Assembly: GCA_003217035.1 (NCBI GenBank)
Contig: QCHV01000008.1
Span: 43,513-67,512, forward strand
Length of the DNA stretch: 24,000 bases
Reading direction: 5' to 3'
From: Prochlorococcus sp. AG-402-G22
GTDB lineage: Bacteria > Cyanobacteriota > Cyanobacteriia > PCC-6307 > Cyanobiaceae
A program made the translations under genes and the position numbers. Positions 23,969 to 24,000 of the stretch are shown here, one piece after another. Numbering within the stretch: the first letter of the stretch is position 1; each line of letters opens with the position of its first letter. Under the pieces are notes generated by a model. That model was given only the letters and a program-made list of their open reading frames with translations, did no database searches and was not told the origin of the DNA.

Positions 23969-23986
23969 TATGTAAAGCAATGTAAC
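23969..23986 (-). promoter_or_regulatory. HLR1 element (RpaB-type high-light regulatory direct repeat)
   Basis: The minus strand reads GTTACATT-GC-TTTACATA. This is two exact matches to (G/T)TTACA(T/A)(T/A) separated by 2 nt, ending 17 nt upstream of the hli ATG at 23951. Confidence 0.6.
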
Positions 23987-24000
23987 ACATTTCATTAAGT

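Noticed and set aside
1-24000. CRISPR arrays, rRNA/tRNA genes, IS elements, integrases, prophage blocks
   Set aside because: - No regularly spaced repeat array was seen.
- No cloverleaf-compatible T-arm/acceptor combination was seen.
- No ORF has transposase or integrase motifs.
- The only phage-flavoured gene (EndoV-type glycosylase) is isolated.

Overview
The window looks like a chromosomal segment of a low-GC marine picocyanobacterium, most like Prochlorococcus. This call rests on AT-rich sequence, three tandem high-light-inducible (hli) genes, a PsbF-derived ORF, Nif11-domain miniproteins, a cyanobacterial-type S21 and many small membrane ORFs. Recognisable genes, in order: a DegT-family aminotransferase, a DUF938 methyltransferase, an SDR, a HIBADH-like dehydrogenase, a T4 endonuclease V-type pyrimidine-dimer glycosylase, an Nramp-like transporter, glutathione peroxidase, purT, a beta-barrel outer-membrane protein, rpsU, DUF2470, an aldo/keto reductase, an MBL-fold hydrolase, DUF1499 and the hli cluster. 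These are interleaved with many short lineage-specific ORFs, as in an accessory or island-like region. I found no rRNA, tRNA, CRISPR array, transposase or integrase. Two real genes are missing from the ORF track because they are under 60 aa: rpsU (TTG start) and a third hli gene. The most interesting observations are: (1) a two-TM ORF whose C-terminal helix is clearly PsbF (cytochrome b559 beta) but with the heme-ligating His replaced by Asn; (2) a canonical HLR1 (RpaB-type) direct repeat 17 nt upstream of a stop/start-coupled triple hli operon; (3) an Nramp-fold transporter whose DPGN metal-binding motif reads GGSH; (4) a segment of about 400 nt between two minus-strand genes with clearly higher GC and no convincing ORF; (5) several repeat or palindrome clusters in promoter regions. 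All functional calls come from reading the translations and from remembered family motifs. No database search was run.
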